Shown here piece by piece: positions 28,546 to 37,924 of a DNA stretch of 64,000 bases. Position numbers and translations under genes: made by a program. The notes below the pieces were generated by a model that saw nothing but the letters and a program-made list of their open reading frames with translations, was not told the DNA's origin and did not search any database. The stretch's first letter is position 1; every line of letters begins with the position of its first letter. This DNA is from a virus (lineage: Duplodnaviria; Caudoviricetes), in the IMG/VR virus record IMGVR_UViG_3300028588_000015, positions 64,001-128,000 of that record. One strand, given 5' to 3'.

Positions 28546-28845
28546 ATGACCTCCCTAGACAAAGCAATGTTGGGCGGCATCTTCTTCATTACTTCGGTGG
28601 CGGCCAGCTTCGTGATGGATGCACGGAGAAGTGCCCAAGCGGCGCCACCAGAAATCAACTCGCAGGCTGCGATGGTCAATCCCAATCCGGCCCGCATCCT
28701 GAACCGCACAACAATAAAAATTGATGGCCGACAGTACGAACAAGTAACCACGGAAAATATACCCGGACTTGTTTGCGTGACGACTGTTCATATGCACGCG
28801 TCCATAGAAGCAATGCAGCCCGCCATCAGCTGCGTCCGTTACTGA
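28546..28845 (+). CDS. small protein with N-terminal signal or TM segment
   Basis: Hydrophobic LGGIFFITSVAASFV; RBS AAGGA. Confidence 0.6.
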   Translation: MTSLDKAMLGGIFFITSVAASFVMDARRSAQAAPPEINSQAAMVNPNPARILNRTTIKIDGRQYEQVTTENIPGLVCVTTVHMHASIEAMQPAISCVRY

Positions 28846-28868
28846 ATTCAACCTAAGAAAGAACAATC

Positions 28869-30491
28869 ATGAATACCATGCACCAGTACTACGACCTCAT
28901 CCGGAAAGTCATCACCGAAGGTAACATCCGTACCGACCGCACCAACACCGGTACCATTTCGTTATTCGGCCCGCAAATCGAATTCAACCTCGCCGACGGC
29001 TTCCCGCTCGACCCCAGCCGCCAAGTGTTCCTGCGCGGCGATCTGGAAGAACTCTTCTGGATGCTGCGTGGCTCGACTAACAATAACGAACTGACGGCCA
29101 AGAACGTCAACATCTGGACCCAGTGGGCAATCCGCCAAGAGCACGTAGAATACACCCAAGCCGAGCGTCTTGCCATGCTTCGCGAGAAGTTCATGCAAGA
29201 CACCGGCGATGGCGCCGCTGGCCAGACGGTTTATTTGTCAACGATGGCCGAAGCGATCGATATCGACAAGATGCTCGACGGTCACGGTATTCCGAAGGAA
29301 AAATACGCCAAGGAGCAGTTGGCCATGCTCTTCCAGAAGCTAGTGGAAAAGAACGGTTCCAAGGAAATTGCTCTATCCCACTACGACGCGATGTTCAAAG
29401 GCGGTGTGAGCCAAGAGCAGTTCAACACCATCATGAAGAACTACGGCATCCCCGGCGCCCCGAAGATCGGCGCCCTCGGTCCCATTTATGGCGAGCAGTG
29501 GTGTAAGTGGCCTGACCCAGAGAAAGACGAGACCAAGTTCTTTTCAGTACCAGAGCGCGTCCAGATGGCCGAAGATTATCTGGCCAGCGGCGCGGCTGAA
29601 AAGTTCACGCAGGCAGACTTGGACAGCGTCAAGGACCAGTACCAACAATACCTCGATGAGAAAAGTAATGGCGCCACTGGCTCGACGATGGAAGAACTGC
29701 TGCACGATGACATCGATACTTGGGGTATCCCCAACAAGGTCACGCGACGTACCACCCACAACCAAATCGCCAAGCTGATCGAGGACCTAAAGAAGCGACC
29801 CAATTCGCGGCGTCACATTGTCTCGACCTGGAACGTACCCTACCTGCCGGACGAATCGCTGTCGCCCCAGCAGAACATCATGCGTGGTAAAATGGCACTG
29901 GCGCCATGTCACACCCTCTTCCAGTATTACGTGGAAGGACGCGCGTCCATGGAAATGTGTAAGGAACTTACGACAGAGCAACTGGACGAGTACATGCAAT
30001 ATTGCAGAGAAAACGAGCTAGAAGTTCATGCTTTCCAATCGGATCAGCGCGGGTTTATCGACGATCCGAAGTACTGGGAAGTAATTTTCAATTTCGACAA
30101 GAAGAAGTTGGTCAATGACTGGTTCAAAGAACGTGGCATCAAAACCCAGAAGCTGTCCTGCAAGTTGTACCAGCGTTCGTGCGATCTCCTCGTCGGTGGC
30201 GCCTTTAACATTGCCGCCTATGCTGCACAAACCATGATGGTCGCCCAGTGCGTCGACATGGTCCCGGGCCGGTTCATCCATACATTCGGCGACGTCCACA
30301 TCTACAAGGACCACATGTTGCCTAACTCGGATGGCGACTCTGTGTTCACGCAGTTGGAACGTGAAGTGCGCGCGATGCCGGTCCTCTTGATTAACCCGGA
30401 AGTGAAAGACATCTTCGCCTTCAAGTACGAAGACTTCAAGTTGACCGATTATAACCCCCACAAAAAGATCAACTACAAAGTCGCGGTTTAA
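28869..30491 (+). CDS. thyA: thymidylate synthase with large helical insertions (540 aa)
   Basis: RTDRTNTGT, EELFW.LRG, NIW.QWA, GPIYG.QW, SRRHIVSTWN, catalytic LAPCH, LYQRSCDL..G..FNIAAY, FGDVHIYKDH. Confidence 0.95.
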   Translation: MNTMHQYYDLIRKVITEGNIRTDRTNTGTISLFGPQIEFNLADGFPLDPSRQVFLRGDLEELFWMLRGSTNNNELTAKNVNIWTQWAIRQEHVEYTQAERLAMLREKFMQDTGDGAAGQTVYLSTMAEAIDIDKMLDGHGIPKEKYAKEQLAMLFQKLVEKNGSKEIALSHYDAMFKGGVSQEQFNTIMKNYGIPGAPKIGALGPIYGEQWCKWPDPEKDETKFFSVPERVQMAEDYLASGAAEKFTQADLDSVKDQYQQYLDEKSNGATGSTMEELLHDDIDTWGIPNKVTRRTTHNQIAKLIEDLKKRPNSRRHIVSTWNVPYLPDESLSPQQNIMRGKMALAPCHTLFQYYVEGRASMEMCKELTTEQLDEYMQYCRENELEVHAFQSDQRGFIDDPKYWEVIFNFDKKKLVNDWFKERGIKTQKLSCKLYQRSCDLLVGGAFNIAAYAAQTMMVAQCVDMVPGRFIHTFGDVHIYKDHMLPNSDGDSVFTQLEREVRAMPVLLINPEVKDIFAFKYEDFKLTDYNPHKKINYKVAV

Positions 30492-30540
30492 CAACAAGAG
30501 CCACCTTCAGGGGTGGCTTCCTTTGCCCAAGAAAGTACGT

Positions 30541-30762
30541 ATGAAATTCAATAACATTGTTGTAATCGCAATCGTGGCACTTTGTTTTATTGGTCTTCTT
30601 GGTATTGTTATGGACCACTGGAGTAAAGTGGATGCGGATAACAATGCCTTTGCCAAAGAATGTAACGACCGTGGCGGCTACGCCGAGTTTGACGCATCGG
30701 CGCGCCAATGTTTGTTCTATAGTGGCGAAGGCTCGGTTAAAATCGAGGTGAAAGTAACATGA
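30541..30762 (+). CDS. small membrane protein
   Basis: TM segment IVVIAIVALCFIGLLGIV; ATGA overlap with DHFR. Confidence 0.6.
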   Translation: MKFNNIVVIAIVALCFIGLLGIVMDHWSKVDADNNAFAKECNDRGGYAEFDASARQCLFYSGEGSVKIEVKVT

Positions 30763-31265
30763 AACAGGTAACACTCATTGCCGCATTGGATTCCTGCGGC
30801 GGCATCGGCTTCAATAACAAACTTCCTTGGCGCATCCCCGCAGACTTAAAGTACTTCAAGGAAAAGACAGTCGGGGAGACGGTGATCATGGGCCGCAAGA
30901 CCTATGAATCGATCGGCAAGCCGCTGCCGAATCGCCACAACATCGTCTTGACCCGCAACTGGGTGGACTACTACACCGATAAAGGCGTCAGTACGGCGTC
31001 GTCGATTAAAGAAGCGATTTTGATGGCAGCGCTTGACACATCGGTATTCATCATCGGCGGCGGCGAAGTGTATCAGGAAGCATTGCCACTCGCTAATCAC
31101 ATGCTGCTCACGCACATCAAAGGCGATTTCAATTGCGATACCTTCTTCCCCAAGTTCAATCCAGGGGAATGGAATTGCTGGGAGCAAGCCGAAGAAGTGT
31201 GTGGGCGGTCCGGCCTGACGTATTCCTTTCAAACCTACATGCGTAAACCGGGGATGGTGCGCTAA
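30759..31265 (+). CDS. folA: dihydrofolate reductase
   Basis: IG.NNKLPWRIPADLKYFK, IMGRKTYESIGKPLPNR.NIVLTR, IIGGGEVY, DTFFP. Confidence 0.97.
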   Translation: MKQVTLIAALDSCGGIGFNNKLPWRIPADLKYFKEKTVGETVIMGRKTYESIGKPLPNRHNIVLTRNWVDYYTDKGVSTASSIKEAILMAALDTSVFIIGGGEVYQEALPLANHMLLTHIKGDFNCDTFFPKFNPGEWNCWEQAEEVCGRSGLTYSFQTYMRKPGMVR

Positions 31266-31553
31266 ATGAAAACCGATAATTCAATCAGGGAAGCCGTTGC
31301 CGGCATTATCAAAAACAGCGTAAAGCATCCTTACTATGCGGCCGGTGTCGAGGCTGCGAATGTCTGGCAGCTTCTGGGGCAGGGAAAACCGATGATCCCA
31401 GAAGACGATACGATTCGTCTCGGCCTAGATGCAATCAACCGCGACGTGTATCTGTCGTTTGCTGAAGTTTTCAACTACCGTTGCACGATCGCCAAAGAAG
31501 TCGAACCGGGCGTGGATGCGTGGCGTTTCTCCAAGCACCCGAATGCATCGTGA
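31266..31553 (+). CDS. hypothetical protein
   Basis: Abuts the folA stop; followed by hairpin 31561-31581. Confidence 0.6.
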   Translation: MKTDNSIREAVAGIIKNSVKHPYYAAGVEAANVWQLLGQGKPMIPEDDTIRLGLDAINRDVYLSFAEVFNYRCTIAKEVEPGVDAWRFSKHPNAS

Positions 31554-31611
31554 GTGTTGTCCGCTACCGTGAGGGTAGCGGATTCTTTCTATTTTTTCCG
31601 TGGAGTTAAGA

Positions 31612-32043
31612 ATGGACATTAACAATGAACCCACCTCGTGCCATTATTACAGCAAAGCGCAAGTACAAAACTTGAAGGATGCATGGCAGACGATGCGTAC
31701 TATTCCATCGATTGCCGATCAAGCTAACCCGTTTTCGGCATCGCGGTTTAAGCTAGGGGAAACGGTAAAGAAGTGGTTCTTTACAAGCGCGGGTCACCAC
31801 GCTGCATTGGGTGTTATCATTGAAGTCGATCTGATCGATTGCGGACATCAAGACATCATTGCTTATAAAATCGCTTTCCCTGTCGAAGACAGTGACGTTT
31901 ACTTGATGAGCCCGAATTTCATTGCACACATCAGTCCAGCAGACACCACTGCGCCTGAGTACCCGTATTACGCGTGGCCGCTGGAAGTGGTCAAAGATCG
32001 CACTCCAAAAATCAAAGGCAGTCACCTGTCGCTGGTAAAATAG
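31612..32043 (+). CDS. hypothetical protein
   Basis: GGAG RBS, ATG at 31612. Confidence 0.6.
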   Translation: MDINNEPTSCHYYSKAQVQNLKDAWQTMRTIPSIADQANPFSASRFKLGETVKKWFFTSAGHHAALGVIIEVDLIDCGHQDIIAYKIAFPVEDSDVYLMSPNFIAHISPADTTAPEYPYYAWPLEVVKDRTPKIKGSHLSLVK

Positions 32044-32118
32044 TTTCTGTTGTAAAAAATTAAATGTTCAAGAACTTGTATGAAAGTCCCTATTAACCAC
32101 AACAACTAAGGATGTCCT

Positions 32119-32703
32119 ATGCAATTCGCTATCGCTCGTCGTAACCGCAACATTGCAGTGGTACTTTATTTCGTATCGTTGGCGGCCCTGTTGTTCGCCA
32201 GCTATCAGGACCGGTCGATGTCGCACAATGTGGAGATCGCTCTCGTCGGCCACATCGCGGCGGTTATCCTCTTGATTGCGGCCATACGCATGCACGCTAT
32301 CGGTGAAGCGACCGAAGCTGGTCAGAACATCATCGCGTACACTTTCGGTGAACAAAACGAGGTGCGCATCCTCGTAGGCACTGCCTGCGGCTTCATCAAC
32401 CGTTTCCAAGGCGCAGCCGAGGAAAGCGTACAGTACTTGGCGATGAAAGGGCGTGATGGCTTGATCTACGCCGCAGGCAGTGCCCTGCTGCACGAGCATA
32501 TGCGCCAATATGTCAATGGCTTGAACCCGGGTCCGATCCGCAGCTACGGGTGGCTGACCAACACCGGACGATACATCGACAACGGCACCGCATGGGAACT
32601 TGCAGTGGACGCCGGTCAATTGCAAGGTACAAACGGTGACGCCGAAGGCGTGCTCTCGCCATTGCATCTCTGGCCCCAACTCTATCAACAAAAGACTGCA
32701 TAA
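32119..32703 (+). CDS. membrane-anchored protein with a conserved phage GWLTNTGRYID...LA..AGQ domain
   Basis: Two N-terminal TM segments; the C-terminal motif is recalled from widespread phage hypothetical proteins. Confidence 0.6.
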   Translation: MQFAIARRNRNIAVVLYFVSLAALLFASYQDRSMSHNVEIALVGHIAAVILLIAAIRMHAIGEATEAGQNIIAYTFGEQNEVRILVGTACGFINRFQGAAEESVQYLAMKGRDGLIYAAGSALLHEHMRQYVNGLNPGPIRSYGWLTNTGRYIDNGTAWELAVDAGQLQGTNGDAEGVLSPLHLWPQLYQQKTA

Positions 32704-32706
32704 ACT

Positions 32707-32826
32707 ATGTACTACCCTGCTGTTAGACTCATTCTGGTTTTCCTGTTGGCAACGCTTTGTGCGTGGTTCTATCACGAATATGCACAAGAAGAAGGCACTA
32801 ACAGGGGCCGTTTGGTGCAGCGATAA
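32707..32826 (+). CDS. 39-aa membrane peptide (not in ORF track)
   Basis: MYYPAVRLILVFLLATLCAWFYHEY...; ends just before terminator 32829-32850. Confidence 0.35.
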   Translation: MYYPAVRLILVFLLATLCAWFYHEYAQEEGTNRGRLVQR

Positions 32827-32828
32827 CG

Positions 32829-32854
32829 GCCACCCTTCGGGGTGGCTTTTATGC
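32829..32854 (+). terminator. intrinsic terminator (UUCG loop)
   Basis: GCCACCC-TTCG-GGGTGGC-TTTT. Confidence 0.85.
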
Positions 32855-32912
32855 TGCATTTTTTACTAGGTTGCTACACTTCTATGTGCACCTTTATCCA
32901 CTAGGAACTATC

Positions 32913-33488
32913 ATGCAAAATCAAGCCAGCATCACCATCGAAACCGACGAGTTCAAATTTGACATGGACGACCGTGCATTCTACGAGAAGCACATCTTTT
33001 CGCGCTATGCGCCGGCCTTCGCCAAGGCAGCCAAACTGATGCGGGAGACGATCGAGGTCGCCGAGATGCAACCGAAGTTCAGCGTGCAGGCCGCGCTGGC
33101 TGCAAACAAGGAAGGTGTCGGGGAAAACTACACTGTGTACTTCAAGCGCGATATGCCAGCCACTGCGCTCTTGTCTGTCGGCATCCAGCAAACCGGCGAT
33201 TCCTCTGACGACGGTGAAGTCTATCTGTCGAAAGAGAATGCACTGGCCAAGTTCGATGAATTCGTTGTAAAACACCACGGCATGGCACTGGTCTCGCAAG
33301 ACGGTATCGACAGCGTCGAGTTTGTTTCGCTGGCGCACAAGGTGCGGGTGTTCATGCGCCTGATCGATGAACGCAGCTGCATGATCGCGTGCGCGGTCGA
33401 CCTCGATGAAAATGAACCCTCGGTCACGGTGAGTTTCGATTTCGAGGAACCAGGCGCGCTCATCGTGTTTACCCTCTACGCTCGTTAA
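32913..33488 (+). CDS. hypothetical protein
   Basis: AGGA RBS, ATG at 32913; high GC3; followed by a UUCG terminator at 33497-33520. Confidence 0.7.
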   Translation: MQNQASITIETDEFKFDMDDRAFYEKHIFSRYAPAFAKAAKLMRETIEVAEMQPKFSVQAALAANKEGVGENYTVYFKRDMPATALLSVGIQQTGDSSDDGEVYLSKENALAKFDEFVVKHHGMALVSQDGIDSVEFVSLAHKVRVFMRLIDERSCMIACAVDLDENEPSVTVSFDFEEPGALIVFTLYAR

Positions 33489-33579
33489 GGCAACTGCCCC
33501 GCCTTCGGGTGGGGTTTTTATGCTTGGTTTTTTACTGAGGTAGCACTGGGTATAGACATTTACCACAGGAACTTTCGCG

Positions 33580-34806
33580 ATGAGTCATAAAAAACCAAGT
33601 GCTGAGCAATACCGTCAACTCGCCGGTGAGATTTATAAAGAAGCATCAACGGTCAATAACTTGGCACAGGTAATGTCGACCAAGTTCTCCCAAGCACTGC
33701 TGATGATCGCCACCAATTTGCCGGTAGAAGGGCGCCAGGCGTTGATGGCCTTACACGAAGAGTTCCTGATCGAGATGGACCCGTTCCGTGCGCACGAACG
33801 CTTGTCTTTCGACGAAGCTTTCTCGGGTCACGGCACGCTTGCCAGTTATCTGCGTGAAAAGACCGATCTGAGTAAGATCGCCCCGCTCTATCCCGAGCAT
33901 AACGGGGAAACTATCCTCGATGCAATCCGCGCCGATTTGGTCGATTTCGATTACGGCCTGTATCAGGACGAGAAAGAAATTGAAGAGTTCAAAGCATTCT
34001 TGTCGGATTTGCATAAGAACGCACATGAAATCATGCCGCCGTTTTTCAATAAGTGCGATGACTTCCGTGGGTTTCTGGGTGTATGCAATCAGGAAAAGAT
34101 GGTCAATATTGAAAAGGAATACGCATCGGGTTTTTATGAGGACACCGCGCGACCATGCCATCTCGATGGTTCGTTCCCTTGGATTCTCTTCATCAAGAAG
34201 ACCTTCTTCCCGCGAAGTAAACATGCGGTCCATGCAGTACTCCTCTTGCGGCAAGGTTGGGCGCCGCAAGTGCTTATCCAACACCCGTTGGAAGATTGCT
34301 GGTATGAATGGGATCAGTGTCATTTGATTCCGGGCATGACGGAAGCACTGCTGCGTGAATACACCTTCATCAGTATTCCGCTGATGAGCACTTCCGAACG
34401 GGGTTGGGATTTCGAAGCCTTATTGGCCCAGATCAAGAAAGACAATGGCGCCCGCCTACGCCAGCACGCTGTTTTACCGAAATCGCAGATCATGTTTCAA
34501 CGCGCTGCGGACAAACCGAAGCCGGTGTTTGGCGACTTTATGTTTGTCGACGGCAGCGCGCGACTGACTGTTACCGCAGGTAACGTCTGCCTTGTTATTT
34601 ACTGCTCCGAAGTCAATGGGCAGTGGGGAGAGGAAATTCGTTTTATCCGCCCGCAAAATCCGAACTGCCTTATCAGTATCCCCGTGGACTTGAAGGACAT
34701 CCCACTTCAACAGCAGCGCGTCTTGGTCCAACGCGCGTTCCACGCCATCGAGCGCAAGAACCAGCTGATTATCCAACACCAACAGAAAGAAAAGGAATCC
34801 ACATGA
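33580..34806 (+). CDS. hypothetical protein (408 aa)
   Basis: AGGA RBS; ATGA overlap with the next gene. Confidence 0.7.
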   Translation: MSHKKPSAEQYRQLAGEIYKEASTVNNLAQVMSTKFSQALLMIATNLPVEGRQALMALHEEFLIEMDPFRAHERLSFDEAFSGHGTLASYLREKTDLSKIAPLYPEHNGETILDAIRADLVDFDYGLYQDEKEIEEFKAFLSDLHKNAHEIMPPFFNKCDDFRGFLGVCNQEKMVNIEKEYASGFYEDTARPCHLDGSFPWILFIKKTFFPRSKHAVHAVLLLRQGWAPQVLIQHPLEDCWYEWDQCHLIPGMTEALLREYTFISIPLMSTSERGWDFEALLAQIKKDNGARLRQHAVLPKSQIMFQRAADKPKPVFGDFMFVDGSARLTVTAGNVCLVIYCSEVNGQWGEEIRFIRPQNPNCLISIPVDLKDIPLQQQRVLVQRAFHAIERKNQLIIQHQQKEKEST

Positions 34807-36263
34807 AAGTTAACTACGATATCAATAAGAAGCACCCGCAATCCATCCTGGGCTTTTTCAGCCAGTACTTCGAAGGCCGTTTTCATAACGGCTTGACCGA
34901 GTACCCGTACGAGCGGTTCTTGGAAGAGGTGTATCCCTACCATCTCACGGCCGAGCGCAACATGCTGGAAAACTGGGATGGCGTGCGTCAAGCGCTGCCC
35001 TGCGTAGCGATCCGACAGAAACGTCCGAACGGCGAAACGCAGTACTGGGGTTTCCGCCGCACTGACAAGGTCGGCGAGGCCCGCATCGCCGGCATGGTGG
35101 CCTGCTTCTGGGGTGGTCACGTCGATGCTGTCGACGTATCGTTTAACGACAAGTCGGTTCTCGCGCTGGATCTTACGCTCAAGGTTGGCCGTGACCGTGA
35201 ACAAGGTGAAGAATACCGCATCTTCCGTGAAGCCTCGCCCTTCGAGAAAGACTGGTCGATCAAGCTACCACTGACGCCAGCCAACCAATTCATCGCCAAC
35301 AGTACGGTTGAAGTCGATCGGCACCACGTGGCAATCATCTATACGGTCGACCTGCCGGAAGACCACGCGGTCGAAGTGCGCGAAGACGAACTGGAAGACG
35401 TGCCGCCGATGACGGCGCAAGAAGCTCTCGACGCGCACGAAGCCGGCCAGTTCGAACTGGAAAGCTGGGCGCTGATCTACTTCCGCCACGTGCGTGCCAA
35501 GGAACTGCTCGACTCTGGCGCCGTAGTCGCTATCGACCCCGTACCCGAGCGGCTGGCGGACGTTTCTCTGACCCCTTACAAGCGTAGTATCGCCGGCATC
35601 GTGAAAGACGGCGAGATCAGCGAGGCCGATAAAGCGCAGGGCTACAGCTGGCCTGTCAAAATCCAATTCGGCCAAGCTACCGACTGGGACCATGGCCCGT
35701 TGTACGACGCTTACGTAGCGCGCCGTGGCAAGAACTGGGACGAGTTTAAGCGCAAGGTGATCCTGATGTTCGGCATCGAAGGCAGCAAGAAAGTCTGGGA
35801 AACACCGGAAGACACGAATGCAACGGCACTCTTTCCGGCCGAGGCAGAAGCGTACCGAATGCTGTTCCGCTCGGCGGGTGTTGAACACACAGTCGGTCAG
35901 ATGCTGACGGTACTTGACCTCTTGGCGATGGACACGGTCAAAGCAATGACCCTCATCCATGTGCAGTTCGACGCCGACATGAATATCGTCGATGGCCCGT
36001 ACAAGCTCGTCAACGGCGAAAAGGTGCCCCATAAGTCGGTCGCTCTCGAAAGACCGCCGCAGGTGGTCCATGAAGAAGGTGGTGACGAGGATCTGGCAGC
36101 ACATACCCGCCAAGCGGCCGAAGCATGGTTCAGCGGCATCGATCATCCAGACATCGTTGAAATCCGCGAAGCCGTGATCGCCAAAATCTTGGAAAAGCAG
36201 CGGCTACAAGAATCCAAACCGGACGCATGGGATAACTTCAAGCCCAGCAAGTCAGTCGAATAA
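34803..36263 (+). CDS. hypothetical protein (486 aa)
   Basis: Start reassigned to the ATG at 34803 (AAGGA RBS, ATGA overlap); high GC3. Confidence 0.7.
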   Translation: MKVNYDINKKHPQSILGFFSQYFEGRFHNGLTEYPYERFLEEVYPYHLTAERNMLENWDGVRQALPCVAIRQKRPNGETQYWGFRRTDKVGEARIAGMVACFWGGHVDAVDVSFNDKSVLALDLTLKVGRDREQGEEYRIFREASPFEKDWSIKLPLTPANQFIANSTVEVDRHHVAIIYTVDLPEDHAVEVREDELEDVPPMTAQEALDAHEAGQFELESWALIYFRHVRAKELLDSGAVVAIDPVPERLADVSLTPYKRSIAGIVKDGEISEADKAQGYSWPVKIQFGQATDWDHGPLYDAYVARRGKNWDEFKRKVILMFGIEGSKKVWETPEDTNATALFPAEAEAYRMLFRSAGVEHTVGQMLTVLDLLAMDTVKAMTLIHVQFDADMNIVDGPYKLVNGEKVPHKSVALERPPQVVHEEGGDEDLAAHTRQAAEAWFSGIDHPDIVEIREAVIAKILEKQRLQESKPDAWDNFKPSKSVE

Positions 36264-36278
36264 ACTATCGGCATAAAA

Positions 36279-36300
36279 CCGCTACCTTCGGGTAGCGGGT
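36279..36300 (+). terminator. hairpin (UUCG loop), probable terminator
   Basis: CCGCTACC-TTCG-GGTAGCGG preceded by GCATAAAA. Confidence 0.6.
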
Positions 36301-36321
36301 ATTGACTAGGAAAAAATAAGA

Positions 36322-37080
36322 ATGGAAAAGAAGAAGGTTCCTTTGCTGTTGTTCTCGGGCGGTCTCGATTCGTCCTACATGTTGCAAACGTATCTGGAAA
36401 AGGGTGACGTTGAAACACTTTACGTCAAAGGAGCACAGCATCCAGACAAAGTCACGCTCGAATTGCGGGCTCGCACGCGCATCATTGCCGAACTGGAAAA
36501 GAAGACCGGCAATAGGGTTCTCAAGGACCGTGTCGTTAATCTCCACGATTTGTTCGAAGGCGACATGCCTGACCGTGCTTTTGTTCAACCCATCACCTGG
36601 ATCACCGGTGCGCTCCAAGTATCGAACGGAGAGAAGCATGCTCACCTTGCTATTGGCTATGTCAGTGGCGACCAAGTTTCTTCCGAAATTCCGTTCATAC
36701 ACGCTGCATGGGAAAACATACAGCACTTCACGAAGCAAAATACTATCCCGGTTGAGTTTCCATTGAAGGTCACCACCAAGCTGATGATCCTCGATAACAT
36801 CTGGCCTGAAGTGGTTCAGCACGTCTGGGTCTGTGAAATGCCCGAGCGGCGCGGTGACCGTATCGACGGCGTGGGTAGTAAAAAAAGACCAAAATCATGC
36901 GAATGGTGCGCAGCATGTCTTACACAGGCTGGCACCTTGGCGATGTGGAAACAGAAACACGGTGAGCCATACAGCCATAGATTCATCGCGCGGCTGCGTT
37001 GCAATAAGTTAAGAGAAGAAGATGCGTTAAAACGAGTACTACTGAAAGAAACTATCCCTCCAAGAGAAAATTCAAGATGA
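36322..37080 (+). CDS. QueC-like PP-loop ATP pyrophosphatase
   Basis: LLFSGGLDSS PP-loop, IGY..GD, FPL...K..I, and a four-Cys Zn site (WVC...C..C..C), in QueC order. Confidence 0.8.
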   Translation: MEKKKVPLLLFSGGLDSSYMLQTYLEKGDVETLYVKGAQHPDKVTLELRARTRIIAELEKKTGNRVLKDRVVNLHDLFEGDMPDRAFVQPITWITGALQVSNGEKHAHLAIGYVSGDQVSSEIPFIHAAWENIQHFTKQNTIPVEFPLKVTTKLMILDNIWPEVVQHVWVCEMPERRGDRIDGVGSKKRPKSCEWCAACLTQAGTLAMWKQKHGEPYSHRFIARLRCNKLREEDALKRVLLKETIPPRENSR

Positions 37081-37403
37081 AAATCAAACGTTTCGATATC
37101 CCTATCAAAATCTTCGTCACCCGTTTCTTCACGCCCTATCCCAAGAAAACAGTCGAACGTGAGCGCTCGACCGTCGAGACCCGAGAAGGTCGAATACGGG
37201 CACCGAAAGACATCGAAGACGAACTGATCAAGCTCCTCGCCGACGCCAAGGCATCCAATCTCGTGATTACGGTGACCCAACAGTCCGTGTTCCCGCCGGC
37301 GATGGGCCGCATCCAAGATCACATCGTGATTCGCGAGTCATATGAAGTTGCGCGCATGATCATGGAGCGCAAAGACTTCAACCAAGACAAGGAACAAGAG
37401 TGA
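37077..37403 (+). CDS. hypothetical protein (108 aa)
   Basis: ATGA overlap with the QueC-like gene; high GC3. Confidence 0.65.
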   Translation: MKIKRFDIPIKIFVTRFFTPYPKKTVERERSTVETREGRIRAPKDIEDELIKLLADAKASNLVITVTQQSVFPPAMGRIQDHIVIRESYEVARMIMERKDFNQDKEQE

Positions 37404-37404
37404 T

Positions 37405-37818
37405 ATGGACGATTCCTTGATTGTGCGTGAAATCTTCGCCCACCGCGTCGACGATCACGTGTCGCCGCTCAAGATCGAGTGCCTTGGGGTTGCGGCACAG
37501 GGCGGCGCACAGAACTATTACCGGATCACCGGTTTTAATTACGCAGCCGACGGCAAAACGGTCAATGCCCTGCCAATCTCTTTTCAGATTGGCAACCCCG
37601 AGGTGTTGGGCGTCAACGGTGTGACCATGGAAGCACTGCTGGCGGTGGTCATTGACCGCCTGTCAGGATTGCAAAAAGGGATGTACCCGTGTAGCGAAAA
37701 CAATATGGCTTTGGGGCATCTCGAAGCCAGCATGACTTACCTGCACGCACGGTCGCGCCGTATTCAACAGACGCTGTTTGAAATTGAAGCCATGCCTGAA
37801 CTGCCAGAAAAGAATTGA
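37405..37818 (+). CDS. Tad1-like anti-defence sponge protein
   Basis: GGA..Y.I...I.FQ.G....NGV..E.LL..V.DRL...Q.G.Y...EN..AL.HLE.....L..R matches the recalled Tad1 pattern (GPGGAYHEY..., [52 protein letters not shown]). Confidence 0.75.
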   Translation: MDDSLIVREIFAHRVDDHVSPLKIECLGVAAQGGAQNYYRITGFNYAADGKTVNALPISFQIGNPEVLGVNGVTMEALLAVVIDRLSGLQKGMYPCSENNMALGHLEASMTYLHARSRRIQQTLFEIEAMPELPEKN

Positions 37819-37924
37819 TGTAAATTATTACATTAATTTCCCTATGGTATGTTTAGTACTGGGTAACTCATTTTCCCCAACCTGAATAAAGGGTAACCGA
37901 TGAACAAACTCGAATAACCAAAAA

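Noticed and set aside
29130-30150. ThyA and Dcd insertions as inteins or introns
   Set aside because: No C/S...HN splice motifs or homing-endonuclease signatures, and the reading frames are uninterrupted.
36322-37080. 7-deazaguanine DNA-modification cluster
   Set aside because: Only a QueC-like gene is present; no folE, queD, queE or dpdA in the window. They could lie elsewhere in the genome.
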